Assembly (NCBI GenBank): GCA_004764695.1
Contig: SMSO01000034.1
Location: 4,340,001-4,404,000, forward strand
Origin: Schizochytrium sp. TIO01
Taxonomy: Eukaryota > Protista > Bigyra: Labyrinthulomycetes
Direction: 5' to 3'
Length of the DNA: 64,000 bases
Below are positions 25,898 to 37,300 of this stretch, piece by piece. Position 1 is the first letter of the stretch. Every line of letters begins with the position of its first letter. A model generated the notes under the pieces. It was not told the origin of the DNA, did no database searches, and saw only the letters and a program-made list of their open reading frames with translations. A program made the translations under genes and the position numbers.

Positions 25898-26300
25898 TTA
25901 AATCATGTCCTTGGATAGATATCGCAAAAGGATGCCTCTGGTGGAGTGGAGTGGATACCACGATCAGCTATGCTTTTGCATTTGAGACATTTGAAAACCC
26001 TGGATGTTCTGAGCTTGTCCTGGATGGTCCTACAGTCATTGCATGTTTGTGAAGTGTAGTCCGCTCGGCAAATAAGCAGTTTACACCACTGGCAGGAAGA
26101 CAAGCTCGGCTTTGTGAATGAGCGCTTGGCAGAAGCTAACGAACGACATATCGTTCGAGCTGTCTTGATTTTGATTCGCCTCTTTGATTTGATGAGGTTT
26201 CGAATTGAGGCAAAGGGATAACACGGTAGTGTTCACAGAGCCACAAACCCGGCCTGTAGAAGTTGACAACTCTACCGATGTCTTTGTAGACGGTGGGCGT
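25898..26300 (-). pseudogene. Degraded Fanzor2/TnpB-like RNA-guided nuclease remnant (RuvC-II, Zn ribbon, RuvC-III)
   Basis: Fragments in order across shifting frames: WLCEHYRVIPLPQFETS, KRRIKIKTART, SFCQALIHKAE, CKLLICRADYTSQTCNDC...SRVFKCLKCKSIADRGIH, TRGILLRYLSKDMI*. Confidence 0.8.
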
Positions 26301-27153
26301 GGGTCTGGATAGACACGAATCTGGCATTTGAAATCCTCTTTTTGCTTGGCGGAGGACACACTATGTCGTGCATAATGGCACGGTCAGTGCTGCGTTGTTG
26401 CTCCAGCCATCAGAACAAACCACAGCAATTAGCGAACTCGACGTCGTCACTTGCGTAAGTGCGATTGCCTCCGGGGGAGCACTCGAAGGGCTTACGTTGA
26501 GACACCAAACTTCTGGATGAAGCACTTTGATAATCTGAATTGAAGGTTTGCTTCCCTTGTACTTAATGATTCCTTTGCCATTCCATTTTCTTACCTAACC
26601 TCTGCTCCTTGAATAATTATAGTATATTATTTTTATATGGAATGATCACCACCATTTGAGATATTTTCACAGCTACTGTATTCTAAACAAAGTTTATTTA
26701 AAAAATTAATTGAAAAAGGTTTCTTTTTTAATCAATAGGGAAGTGCTTCCTTTGCTTCTGTGCTTCTGTGCTTTGTTTTATTGGCTTGAATCTCTTACCT
26801 CACCTGCAATCATGTGAGGTAATGGAATCATAACCAATGCCGTATATGTTGTTTTCAAAGAGAACCTTGATTCATTATAAATGACTGATTTGAAGTCTTG
26901 GGACAATGTTTAGGAATGCCGTCTCACAGTAAGAGTTGAACAAATTGACACAGCGTCTTGCCACAGCTCTGGAAAGAATAAAGAAAACATAGAAACAAAA
27001 TCAAAAAATGGTATTATAATTCGCTGAAGTGGAGAGAGCATTGTGCAGCATTAATGACAAATAAGGTTACATTTCATTCCAGAACACAAACACGGCAAAA
27101 TGATATATGTGATATAATTCTAAAGCCTAATAATCTGAAGCTGCGCAAGCTAG

Positions 27154-30100
27154 TCAAAAGAGCCCAAGGAACTTCTTTTTCTTCTTGGGCTTCTCGTAGG
27201 AGACAGCCAGATCTATTTCTTTGCAGACAACCTCACGGATTTGGCGACCAGCGCCAAATCGCACAAGGTACTTGCTATCTGGAAGCTTGTTTGCAACCTG
27301 TCCAATTTCACCCATGTGCACACGAGCGTTTGTTCCCTTATAACGAACATAACTCCCGATTGCAAACTTAGGTCGCATGTTAGGTCGAGCATCTTCACCA
27401 TAGCGCGATGGAGTAACGGCACCCTTAACAGCATTGAGGATCTTCTCACGGTCTCCAAACATAGTAATCCCCATGTTACGAAGCTGGGGGTGTCCAAGTT
27501 TCGAGCACTTACTCACTGTATCAAAGCCAGCATTACACATCGCCTTGTAGTATCTCTGTACGCCAGCATCAGTAAGCAAGTCCAAAAGTTCTTCGTCCTC
27601 AGAGGAACTGCCACCCCGACGTCGTGAACTAGATCGTGACCGAGACCGGCTGCCACTGCGAGAAGACACAGCTTGAAAGGCCTTGATGATCTGATCGCGC
27701 TCAGCATATGTAGGTATATTCATAGTACGAAGGGTTGTGTGATTCAGTTCTTTGCATTGCTTCAAGGTAGGATATCGACGGGAGATGATCGCATAATAGC
27801 GATCTGCGCCAGCACTTTTCAGGGCTTTACGAATGGCAGCTGAATCATCGGCATCAGACGAACTTCCGCTCGAGCTACTGGAGCCCCGACGCCGAGAGCG
27901 AGAACGTGATCCTGAGCGAGAGCGAGATTTTGGTTTCTTCTCTGCATTGGCCTTAATGTACTTAATAATCTCAAAGCGTTGGGTCATAGGAATATCAACC
28001 GCCTTTAACTCAACGTGTGAACCTTTCAAAGCTTTCTCTACTGTGAAACCCTGCTTCAGCAGTGGACTTAGCTTTGAATAACATCTTACACTCTTAAGCG
28101 CATCTTTGATGATTTCTTCATCATCACTACTTCCCTCCGAGCTCTCAGAAGAAGACGAACTTCCTCGGGAGCGACCCCGACTGCGACTTTTGCTTCGCGA
28201 TTTGCTACTTGACTTCAAGTCTTTCATGGCTTTCATTAACTTATCACGATCTGAGAACAAGGATATACCGGCCGACCGGAGGTCAGCATGGTTCATAGCT
28301 TGACACTTCTTAACCGTATTAAAGCCTTGTTCGAACAGCTTCTTCCTGTAGATGCTCATACCTGCACTCTTCAAAGCATCCTTAATAAGTGCTTCGTCAT
28401 CACCCGAGCTCGAGGAAGACGAAGATGATGACGACCTCTTGCTACCTCGAGATCGGCCGCGAGATCGACTCCGACTACGTGACTTGCTCTTGCTCTTGCT
28501 CTTGCTCTTTCGTGAAGGCTTATAGGCTTTAAAGGCCTTGATGAGACGTTCCCGTTCGCTGTATGTCACTATGAAAGATCGCAAATCAGCGTGGGTGAGG
28601 GACTGGCAAGTCTCAATCGAGTCAAAGCCCTTCTTGAATAGGTCTTTACGATATTGATCAAGCTTATTCTCCTTTAAGATCTCTTTGATCGTAGCTTCAT
28701 CCTCAGAACTACCCCCACTTCCTGACGAGCTTGATCCAGAGGAACTGCTTTTGCTACTGTCGCTCCCACTCGATGAAGATGAGGAGCTACGCTTCTTTTT
28801 AGACTTACTACGGCTACGACTTCGGCTCTTGCTACGACTCTTGCTTCTCTTTGAGGGTTTGAGGTCGCGGAAGGCTGTAATCATCTTATCACGATCTGAG
28901 AAGAGTGACACACCAGCGACACGTAGATTAGCATGAGTGAGATCCTTAGTCTTCTTGAAGGAGGTTAGGCCAGCTTTCTTAAATTCCTTCGCATACTTCT
29001 CCTTATCCAGCTTCTTTAAAACCTTCTTAATTTCATCCCACTCATCTGCACTTGAGCCAGAACTACTCCCAGAAGACCCGGAACTAGAACCTGATGAGGA
29101 GCTTGAGCTACGTTTGCTATGTTTGCTGCTCTTGCTACTCTTGCTACTCTTGCTTTTGCTGCGTTTTCGGCTCCGGCTCCGGGACTTGCTTACAGATACG
29201 TTCTTAAAGGCGCTTATGATCTTGTCGCGCTTCGCAAACATGGTTATCCCAGCATTGCGCAGGTCAGTATGGTTAACCTCTTTGAGTTTCTTCAGAGACA
29301 TTAAGTCAGCTTTTTGGAGATTTTTGCGGAAATCGTCGAGTCCTTCTTTCTTGAGAATCTTCTTGATCGCTGCTTCATCATCTCCACTATCGGAGCCGCT
29401 AGATCCGCTTGAAGAACTGTTGCTGCTTGATGATGAGGATCCACGCGAACGTCCCCTGCTACGGCTACGACTTTTTTTTTTTTTTGATGATTTGCTGCTG
29501 CTGCGGCTGCGGCTCTTACTTCTTGACTTTGAAGCTTTCATTTCGGCAAAAGCGTTGATCACTTTCTCACGCTGAGTATACATCACCATTCCAGCCTCCC
29601 GCAGGTCGCTGTGTTGCATATCTTTACACTTCTTGATAGTAGTGAAGCCCTTCTTATGAAGGTACTTCCGAACTTTATCGTCAACTTCCAGCTTTTGGAG
29701 CGTCTTTTTGATTTTTTTCTCATCGTCGCCACCACCATCTGAGTCCGAGCTGCTAGAAGAACTGCTTGAACTACCACCGCGGGAACGGCTGCGACTCTTG
29801 TGCTTAGATTTGCTGCGGCTGCGGCTGCGGCTTTTGCTTGTCTTCATTTTCCCTTCGGCTTCCTTAAAGGCGTTGAGAACTTTCTCACGATCAGAGTAAG
29901 ACCACATTCCAGCTTGTTTTAGATCAGAGTGGCTCATTTCGGCGCATTTTTTAACACTTTTGAACCCTTTCTTTTCTAAATCCTTCCTTATTGTATCATT
30001 AACGTTGCATTCCTTCAGAACTTTTTTAATAACCGATTCGTCATCGCTCCCCTCCGAACCGCTACTGCTTGATGATGAACCACCTTTGCTCTTGCTGCGA

Positions 30101-33100
30101 CTGCGACTGCGGCTTTTACCCTCTTTCGAATCACGGAGGCATTGGATCAATTTGTCGCGATCCGAAAACAAAGTTAAGCCCATTGCCCGAAGCTCGCCGT
30201 GTGATAGATCCTTGCATTTTTTGAATGTTGTGTAACCTTTACTGAATAGAAGTTTTGCGTGCTTGTCAAGACCCTCCTTTTTCAAGATCTTCTTGATCTC
30301 CTCCGAGTCGCCGCCCGCGTCACTCCCGCTGCTGCTACTGCTGGTCGAGGATGACCTCTTCTTACTTTTGCTTCTACTGCGGCTCCGGCTGGCGGATTTT
30401 CTACCGCCAGAAGACTTGCCATCAAATGCCTGACATGCTTTGATAATTGCAAAACGCTTTGTCATAGGGATCTCAATACCCTTGAGCTCGATATGAGACG
30501 CACTCTTACCAGCTTTCATGGTAAACCCGGCCTTTTTGGCATCCTTGAACTTGTCCTTCAATCCATTATCATCAAATATCTTCTTCAAAGCTTCCTCCTC
30601 TGCTGCAGAGTCTAGCCCGCTGTCACTGCCAGAATCCTTTGACTTGGATTTGGACCTCGATTTGGACCTCGATTTAGATCTTGACTTAGAGCGGCTCTTC
30701 TTTTTTTTGCTGGAGTCGCTATCACTGCTGCTACTGCTGCTTCCTGAGGATGAATCACTTGAGCCTCCGCCTGCTGAACCACTGTATTTTTTCGGATCTG
30801 CCCTCTTAAAAGCAAGCAAAATATTTGTACGCTGGGCCATGGTTTGAATGCCAGCCTTTTCGAGGTCATCTCCAGTCATATTTTGACCCTTCTTAATCGT
30901 GGTAATCTTCGCCTTTTTCACGATAGCATTGTAGTGCTCCTCAAGGTTGTTGTCTTTAAAAAGGGCCTTGATAGGATCTTTTCCGTCGCTTTTACTACCG
31001 CTTTTCTTCTTCTTCTTCTTGGATTTGTTTCCTTTCTTGGACTTCTTCCTTGAGGTCGAAGAATCACTGTCGTCGCTATCGCTGCTGCTATCAGAAGATC
31101 CAGTATCGCTATCACTATCGCTTTCGCTGTCACTCGTTTTCTCCGAGTCACTATCACTCTCACTGTCGCTTTCACTGCTGTCACTTGAAGAATCGTTCTT
31201 TCTCTTCTTTCCCTTTCGACCCTTCTTCTTAGACTTGGACTTTGACTTTGACGAGCGTTTCTTGGCCTTTTTCTTGGCGGCTGCCTTCTTGAGCTGGCGA
31301 AGCCTCTTCTTTTCCTCTTCCTCCTTTTTCTTTTCTTCTTTTTCAATTCGAGCCTTCTCACGTTCAATGCGTGCCGCAAGACGTCCTGAATTGGCGAGCT
31401 TTTGCAAGTGCTTTTTACGCTTAGCAATGTGCTCCGCAACGTCCGAAGGCTTGTGGTCCTTGAATGCAGCTATAAGCCTCTTCTGCTGTTCTGCGGTGGC
31501 TCCGATCTGATGCCAATCAGATTCGACCTTGTCTTTGAGGATTACAGGGTTACAGTCTCCATTTTTCTTAATTGCAGGAAAGAATGCATCCATACCACAT
31601 GTGCTAAGCACAGTTGCAACTTCTTTCTCAACTAGCTCAATGTCTGATTCTTTTACCTTGAGAAGCTTTGCAGACATTAAAGCAACCGGTTCCTCTGCAG
31701 GGGGGTCTTCCGGAGGTGGTGCTGGAGCAGCAGGAGTTTCTCCAAGAAGCTCTTTAGTCTTGTTCAAAATAATATCGATTCGACCCAAATCATCGATACC
31801 AATTCGCTTAAGATGCGAGTGATTCACACCCTCAAAATCTCGCAAGGCACGGTAACCACCGCGTTCGAGAACACCAATGTAATTGTCCATGGCAAGGTCA
31901 CTGAGCACCTTTCGCAGTTCGGGCTCCATATCAACACCATCTTCATTGCCGCCACCTGAACCGTCGGCCGGAGCTGCCGCTACTGCGTCAGGCTCTTTTA
32001 CCACTGTAGCAGACTTAACGCGGTCAAGTAGCTTTCGACGCGAAACATAGCTGTCAATACCAATATCTTCAAGATCAGGCATAGTCATGTCTCGAACAGC
32101 TTCAAGAGTGGTCTTGCCACAAACTTGGAAGTTGGGGATGTACTGGTCAAGTTTAGTTGCCCGCAGCAAGGTCTCCAAGCCTACCTCGAGCCGCTTCAGT
32201 TGCACACGAGCGTTGGGATCTACATTGGGCGGTAAAGAAGGCTCCCTAATTGGTCCAGAACGAGGAAGTGCAAGTGAGGTACCGCGCAAGCTGACGGGGC
32301 CCACTCTGACTAAAGAGGATTCACGCTGATGTGCTCGCTCTTGAGATCGCGCACGCCGGCGAAGGAGAGACTCAAGAGGGTCAGCTGACTTATCTTCAGT
32401 AGACTCGACTTTGCGAATAATAAGATCACCATGCGTAAGATTCTCTACTCCGGCCTTCTCAAGATCATGAACAGTGACGTTAGTAAAGTCCCGCAGAGTG
32501 CGGTATCCATGCCGGAGTAGACGATCTTTGTAACGTGTAAGCCCCAAGTCTGAAAGAATCTTGTTAAGGCTAGCGTCCATCTCTCCCTCAGAACCATCCG
32601 ATTCTGCATCACTCACGTCTTGCGATGGGCTAATGTTAGGATTGACAATAGTCGCATTCATAATCATATCCATAATAAGGCGGCGGTCATTGTATGCGTT
32701 GACACCGATCTCCATAAGCTGTGGCATACTCATGTCATGTACAGACTCCAAGGTGCATTTCCCTGCGCCCCTAAAGTTACCAAGATAGGCCTGCATACCA
32801 ATTGCACAAAGAAGAGACTCAAGTTCTGGGTCAAGTTCCCTCGGGCGCATGCGAGAATTTGACTCTGAACCAGATCTTGAGCGCATTCGAGAAGTAGAAA
32901 ATCCTCGGTCAGGTCGAGAAAATGCAACTGATTTGCCACGAACGCGTGACGAGTCAGCATGACGAGAGTGATGTCTTTCTAAGGATCGTGCGCGGCGATG
33001 GGTGCCTGATGACCTGCTCGGAAGACCTTGGTACATCTGCGGTGTATATCCACTACGCTGAAGAGATGGTCCACGAGTACGATTTGCTTGTTGTTCAATC

Positions 33101-34398
33101 ATGGCAGCTCTTGATGCCACGGTAGTTTCGATAAGCATCCGGCGTTTTGCGTCCTTCAACGCAGCTGCTTGAAATGCGCTCATCAGCCTCTCGCGCTGAC
33201 TAGCCACATTGATGCCTTTCTCACGAAGCACCTGGTGTGAAAGTGCTTTTGCGCGTGCCAAGGTGTAGTTCTCAAAAAGAGGTTTCATGTGTCCATAGCC
33301 AAGCTCATCTAGTACTGCATGTACCGGGTTTCCTTCGACATCGCTACCATCGCTGGCATCCATGCCGAGCGCACCAGTCTTCAAGTTGCTGCGTCTACGG
33401 TTTCGAAGGCGATCATCATCTTCATCTGAGGATGAGGAAGAGGAAGAAGACGAAGACAAGGAGCTTTCACTATCAGAAGAGGCCGCATCAGGGGGTGTTT
33501 CGTAATTCATGAAGGCATGGAGAATCGCAGCACGGTCCTTGAAGACGGAAATACCCCAAGCTTTCATGTCCTCATGTGTGAGCGCCTGTGCATCTTCAAT
33601 AGTCACGCAATTGTTTTCATCAAACAAGCCCATGTACTTCTGCAATTGAAGGTCACGCAGAACCTTACGTACATCACGGTACTCATCGCGGCCAACCTCA
33701 GTATTTGTCTCCTCTTTCAGGTCCGAAGAATAGCGTCTTTGGCGGCCACTATGGCTTCGCTGCTGCGATGGTTTTTTAGAGGATGAGCGCTTAGAGTGTT
33801 TTGAACTTTGCGATGAAGACCTCACGCGCCCTTTTCCTGAATTTCTCGAAGATGATCTTTTGGAGGATTTGTGCACTGACGGTGACCTTGAGATAGATGT
33901 GGATGACGCTGATACGGATGGTCGACGCGAGGAAGAACGGACCTTGCTCTTAGAGCGGCGTGATCCGCGCGAGTTTGATCGCACTCGAGCAGCCCTCCGC
34001 TCGAACAGCTCCTCGCTTCCGGATGAGGATTCTGAGTCCACATCAGAGTCCAGTTCCGACACGAATAGAAGGTCGTCCATGCGCTCCTTAAAGTTGAAGC
34101 CCGCGTCCTTGTGCAAGTGGCCCTCCACGGCATTCGAAAGCACAGCCGTGCGTAGCGGCAGTACACTGTTGCCACCCATGTTCAGTGCCATTGATTCCTC
34201 AGGCTTTCGTGACACGGAATTGCTTGCACTTCGCCGTGAGACTGAAGTTGTTCGCGCCGCCTTACCCGGCACGATGGGCAAGGCTTTTGACCGCGACGAG
34301 CTCGAAGCAGAGCTACGGCTTCGCGGAGGTTGCGAAGACGATGACGCGTGATGCGTATGCCGGTGGCTCCGAGAGCTGCTCGCAGCGCGGGCGCTCAT
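27154..34398 (-). CDS. 2414-aa protein with ~19 SAM-like domains, SR/polySer linkers and a C-terminal SH3/KOW-like domain
   Basis: Repeated ~58-aa units with SAM pattern, e.g. IKKILKKEGLDKHAKLLFSKGYTTFKKCKDLSHGELRAMGLTLFSDRDKLI. The 7.2-kb ORF is intact. Confidence 0.85.
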   Translation of the reverse strand: MSARAASSSRSHRHTHHASSSSQPPRSRSSASSSSRSKALPIVPGKAARTTSVSRRSASNSVSRKPEESMALNMGGNSVLPLRTAVLSNAVEGHLHKDAGFNFKERMDDLLFVSELDSDVDSESSSGSEELFERRAARVRSNSRGSRRSKSKVRSSSRRPSVSASSTSISRSPSVHKSSKRSSSRNSGKGRVRSSSQSSKHSKRSSSKKPSQQRSHSGRQRRYSSDLKEETNTEVGRDEYRDVRKVLRDLQLQKYMGLFDENNCVTIEDAQALTHEDMKAWGISVFKDRAAILHAFMNYETPPDAASSDSESSLSSSSSSSSSSDEDDDRLRNRRRSNLKTGALGMDASDGSDVEGNPVHAVLDELGYGHMKPLFENYTLARAKALSHQVLREKGINVASQRERLMSAFQAAALKDAKRRMLIETTVASRAAMIEQQANRTRGPSLQRSGYTPQMYQGLPSRSSGTHRRARSLERHHSRHADSSRVRGKSVAFSRPDRGFSTSRMRSRSGSESNSRMRPRELDPELESLLCAIGMQAYLGNFRGAGKCTLESVHDMSMPQLMEIGVNAYNDRRLIMDMIMNATIVNPNISPSQDVSDAESDGSEGEMDASLNKILSDLGLTRYKDRLLRHGYRTLRDFTNVTVHDLEKAGVENLTHGDLIIRKVESTEDKSADPLESLLRRRARSQERAHQRESSLVRVGPVSLRGTSLALPRSGPIREPSLPPNVDPNARVQLKRLEVGLETLLRATKLDQYIPNFQVCGKTTLEAVRDMTMPDLEDIGIDSYVSRRKLLDRVKSATVVKEPDAVAAAPADGSGGGNEDGVDMEPELRKVLSDLAMDNYIGVLERGGYRALRDFEGVNHSHLKRIGIDDLGRIDIILNKTKELLGETPAAPAPPPEDPPAEEPVALMSAKLLKVKESDIELVEKEVATVLSTCGMDAFFPAIKKNGDCNPVILKDKVESDWHQIGATAEQQKRLIAAFKDHKPSDVAEHIAKRKKHLQKLANSGRLAARIEREKARIEKEEKKKEEEEKKRLRQLKKAAAKKKAKKRSSKSKSKSKKKGRKGKKRKNDSSSDSSESDSESDSDSEKTSDSESDSDSDTGSSDSSSDSDDSDSSTSRKKSKKGNKSKKKKKKSGSKSDGKDPIKALFKDNNLEEHYNAIVKKAKITTIKKGQNMTGDDLEKAGIQTMAQRTNILLAFKRADPKKYSGSAGGGSSDSSSGSSSSSSDSDSSKKKKSRSKSRSKSRSKSRSKSKSKDSGSDSGLDSAAEEEALKKIFDDNGLKDKFKDAKKAGFTMKAGKSASHIELKGIEIPMTKRFAIIKACQAFDGKSSGGRKSASRSRSRSKSKKRSSSTSSSSSGSDAGGDSEEIKKILKKEGLDKHAKLLFSKGYTTFKKCKDLSHGELRAMGLTLFSDRDKLIQCLRDSKEGKSRSRSRSKSKGGSSSSSSGSEGSDDESVIKKVLKECNVNDTIRKDLEKKGFKSVKKCAEMSHSDLKQAGMWSYSDREKVLNAFKEAEGKMKTSKSRSRSRSKSKHKSRSRSRGGSSSSSSSSSDSDGGGDDEKKIKKTLQKLEVDDKVRKYLHKKGFTTIKKCKDMQHSDLREAGMVMYTQREKVINAFAEMKASKSRSKSRSRSSSKSSKKKKSRSRSRGRSRGSSSSSSNSSSSGSSGSDSGDDEAAIKKILKKEGLDDFRKNLQKADLMSLKKLKEVNHTDLRNAGITMFAKRDKIISAFKNVSVSKSRSRSRKRSKSKSSKSSKSSKHSKRSSSSSSGSSSGSSGSSSGSSADEWDEIKKVLKKLDKEKYAKEFKKAGLTSFKKTKDLTHANLRVAGVSLFSDRDKMITAFRDLKPSKRSKSRSKSRSRSRSKSKKKRSSSSSSSGSDSSKSSSSGSSSSGSGGSSEDEATIKEILKENKLDQYRKDLFKKGFDSIETCQSLTHADLRSFIVTYSERERLIKAFKAYKPSRKSKSKSKSKSRSRSRSRGRSRGSKRSSSSSSSSSSGDDEALIKDALKSAGMSIYRKKLFEQGFNTVKKCQAMNHADLRSAGISLFSDRDKLMKAMKDLKSSSKSRSKSRSRGRSRGSSSSSESSEGSSDDEEIIKDALKSVRCYSKLSPLLKQGFTVEKALKGSHVELKAVDIPMTQRFEIIKYIKANAEKKPKSRSRSGSRSRSRRRGSSSSSGSSSDADDSAAIRKALKSAGADRYYAIISRRYPTLKQCKELNHTTLRTMNIPTYAERDQIIKAFQAVSSRSGSRSRSRSSSRRRGGSSSEDEELLDLLTDAGVQRYYKAMCNAGFDTVSKCSKLGHPQLRNMGITMFGDREKILNAVKGAVTPSRYGEDARPNMRPKFAIGSYVRYKGTNARVHMGEIGQVANKLPDSKYLVRFGAGRQIREVVCKEIDLAVSYEKPKKKKKFLGLF

Positions 34399-37300
34399 AC
34401 TTGCCCAAATTGATCGTTGCTTTGGGATCTAGTTTAGAATGAATAAATCTTGACAACAAGATATCGACGAAAGGTCCACAAAGTGCAAGGACAGTATTTA
34501 AAAACGCTCGCTAGGAATTACACAGAACCTTGGAAGGATAAATCCACACCAGACGATACCTTGCCAATTCGGTACCTGAAGCCTATGAAAGGCGCCCAAG
34601 ATGGGTGGGTATCTTGAGTTCCTTCGAGATGCCACGTAGTGGAATTCTAGGAGTCCAAATACAACTTTGGCGGCGATCTCAAGAGTGTAATATTCAATGC
34701 AGCAAGCTGATTCTTGCTGGCAGGAATACCTTCGCGGACAGAGTCTCCCCAAGTCGAGAAACTGTGCGAGGGTCTGCGCAGAGCACAGGGATGAACGAAC
34801 GTCCGTGTATACTGTCAATCACAATTATACACCTATGTGACCGGCTGACTCTCGCTCGCGGCACGAAGCGGTGACCTCAGAGGGGCGGCAGCAGAGAGGC
34901 CCTCGCGGCAGAAGGGATGTTACAGGATCGGCAGGCGATTGGCCTGTACAAGAGTGGTACCCCGCGTCGAGAGCAAGCGGAGCGTGCACAGGCCTCCGTC
35001 GCGTGCGAGGGGAGTGTTTTTGTAATGCATCATCAAACAACACCAAAAAGGACTTTTTTAATTCCATTTCTTTTATAACTCCTTTAACTCCTTCATTTAT
35101 AAATAACTTTTGCAAACCATTTCTATACTCGGAGTGATAAATAGTGTATATTAATGAATGAATGAATTAATTAATTAATTAATTAATATACGCAGATTAA
35201 TGTTTTTACTAGTTTTTTCTTTTTCTTTTTTCATTCTTTATTATTTTTCGCAGAGGAAATAGACCAAAGTAAGACTCTTCAAGCGCCTCCTTGGCTTCAT
35301 TCAGTCTGTACTAGGTGGAGGCAGTCAGGCGCAGCAGCAGAGGCGTGGCTGGGAAAAAGAAGAATGCAGTCTGCATACAGTGCGGCGGCTACCTTGAATT
35401 TGAGCGAGCGAGCGAATGAGGGAAGCGATCGCTGCGATGGGCGGAAACGTGTGCATTACGTTCGCCTGCTTTTCCCTTTTCTATTTAATCGGAAACAAAC
35501 ATTATTTTTCTTTTTTCCCTAAGAATCAATTTGGACGAAACAACTTTCTTTGGGGCGCTTGTGAATAGGTAGAGTAAAGCATAGGAGGCGACCATTGGAG
35601 AATCATTTGTGAACAGAACTGCTCTATTTACCAAGATAGGTACTAATGGTAAGAAAAACAGCCAATAACAAAAGAAACACAATAACAAAAGAAACACTTG
35701 TGCAAATGGAAAAATTGGCAAATGATAATATGCTACGGTAAAGAATAGGGACATCCTATTTAAACGAAAGACCTGCCAAAAGAGGAAGTAGAAGGAAGTG
35801 AAGTATTTATACATATATACATGTATATACTTTTTTCTTTTTTTCTTTTTTTTTAACTATCCACCATGATAACTCGTGAATGCTAACAAGAAAGCGATGC
35901 TTATCAGAGTCGAGATTGAGATTCTTCTCTACTTCGAGATACCTAGGTAGGTACCTGGAGAACTTGAGAAAGACATCACCCACGATAGCAACCAGCAGGC
36001 AGGGCTTCACTTGTACGTATCATCTGCGTCAAAGTATTTGAAGTTGCTGAATGATTTGCAATTGATGAGTCGGAAGGCATCGCTAAAAAGTCCTCGTTGT
36101 ATCAGCGTTGATTGCTCATGTGCAGCAACCGTGTTGATTGCTCATGTGTAACAAAGTTGAGACAAGACCAAAGACGCCTGGGAGTTCCTCGCAAAGAACT
36201 TGTAAAACTGGCTAAAGCTGGCCAAAGCTGGCTTCGGTAACCTTTGTAGTTGTGTTGTGTGCACTGCTCATTACTCCGAGGTCAACCACGAAGTTTAAGG
36301 GCGTGGACTGCCACGTGCTCCAATGAGGCGAGGAAGGACATAGCTCTGGAATGATCGATGGGTGAGTGACTTTTTGGTCTATTGATTCTTGTTCTTGAGC
36401 ATGAGAGACGTTGTATCACAAATGTTGATTTTCGTCTCCAGGAATTACGATGATCATCAACACGCAGATAGATCAACACCGGCGTGTTCCGAGACCATCG
36501 CGGGTAGCAAAAAATGGTTGGCAGTCTGTGACTGCATTTGGGCTTCGCAAAGCCTAGATGATCTCATGCTAGCAGGTTTTGTGGATATTTGGCACCGCAA
36601 GTGCACTGCACCTGCTTAGACGAAGCGATGTTACCAAACTGTCGCAGATTTTACTTTATGGAAACATCAGAAGAACAACTCCGCCAAAGTGTCTTGCAAG
36701 GAAGCGTGCGGCCTCCGCCAACTTGAAGGCTGAAAATGAACGAGGTGGTGGAGTGGCCACTGCCCGTGATAACTTTGTTGTTCGCTAATATGAGCATATT
36801 GATGTCATAGATCTCTCAAAAGGCAAACCAGAGGTATCAAGCAAGCAAGCAAATATTTTGCAAATTTTCCAACGAATGGACACAGCTTACAGGGGTGAAG
36901 ATATTTGAGGAGTCTCATCGACTTAACAGCGGTATTTTTGATCGTGCGGAGAAAGGCTGAAAGTGTTATGAACTAAGCACGAAGCTGGACTTTCGAAGCA
37001 TCGTGTACGAGCCTAAGTGCTTATATGATGTCTTTGTGCAGGAAGAAACGACACTCTGCACGTGCGATAAGAGCATCGGCAGGATTGGGAGACACAGGAG
37101 GTCCCGGAGACAAGTGAGGCGCAAAACATCGAACGAATGCGAAAAGAGGCCACATCAGCCCCACAGATCAACAAGTAGAAACAGGTTGTCTTTGCAGCGA
37201 GTGAAAAGACTGCATTGATTGCTCTCGGCACATAAAATTTCGCAGGATCACTGTAAGTGAAATTGAAGTTGTCTCTTGAAATTGATGCCATCTAGAAGGC

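Noticed and set aside
28106-31510. Leu/Phe-rich plus-strand ORFs over the poly-SAM gene
   Set aside because: Antisense translations of Ser/Lys/Arg low-complexity codons.
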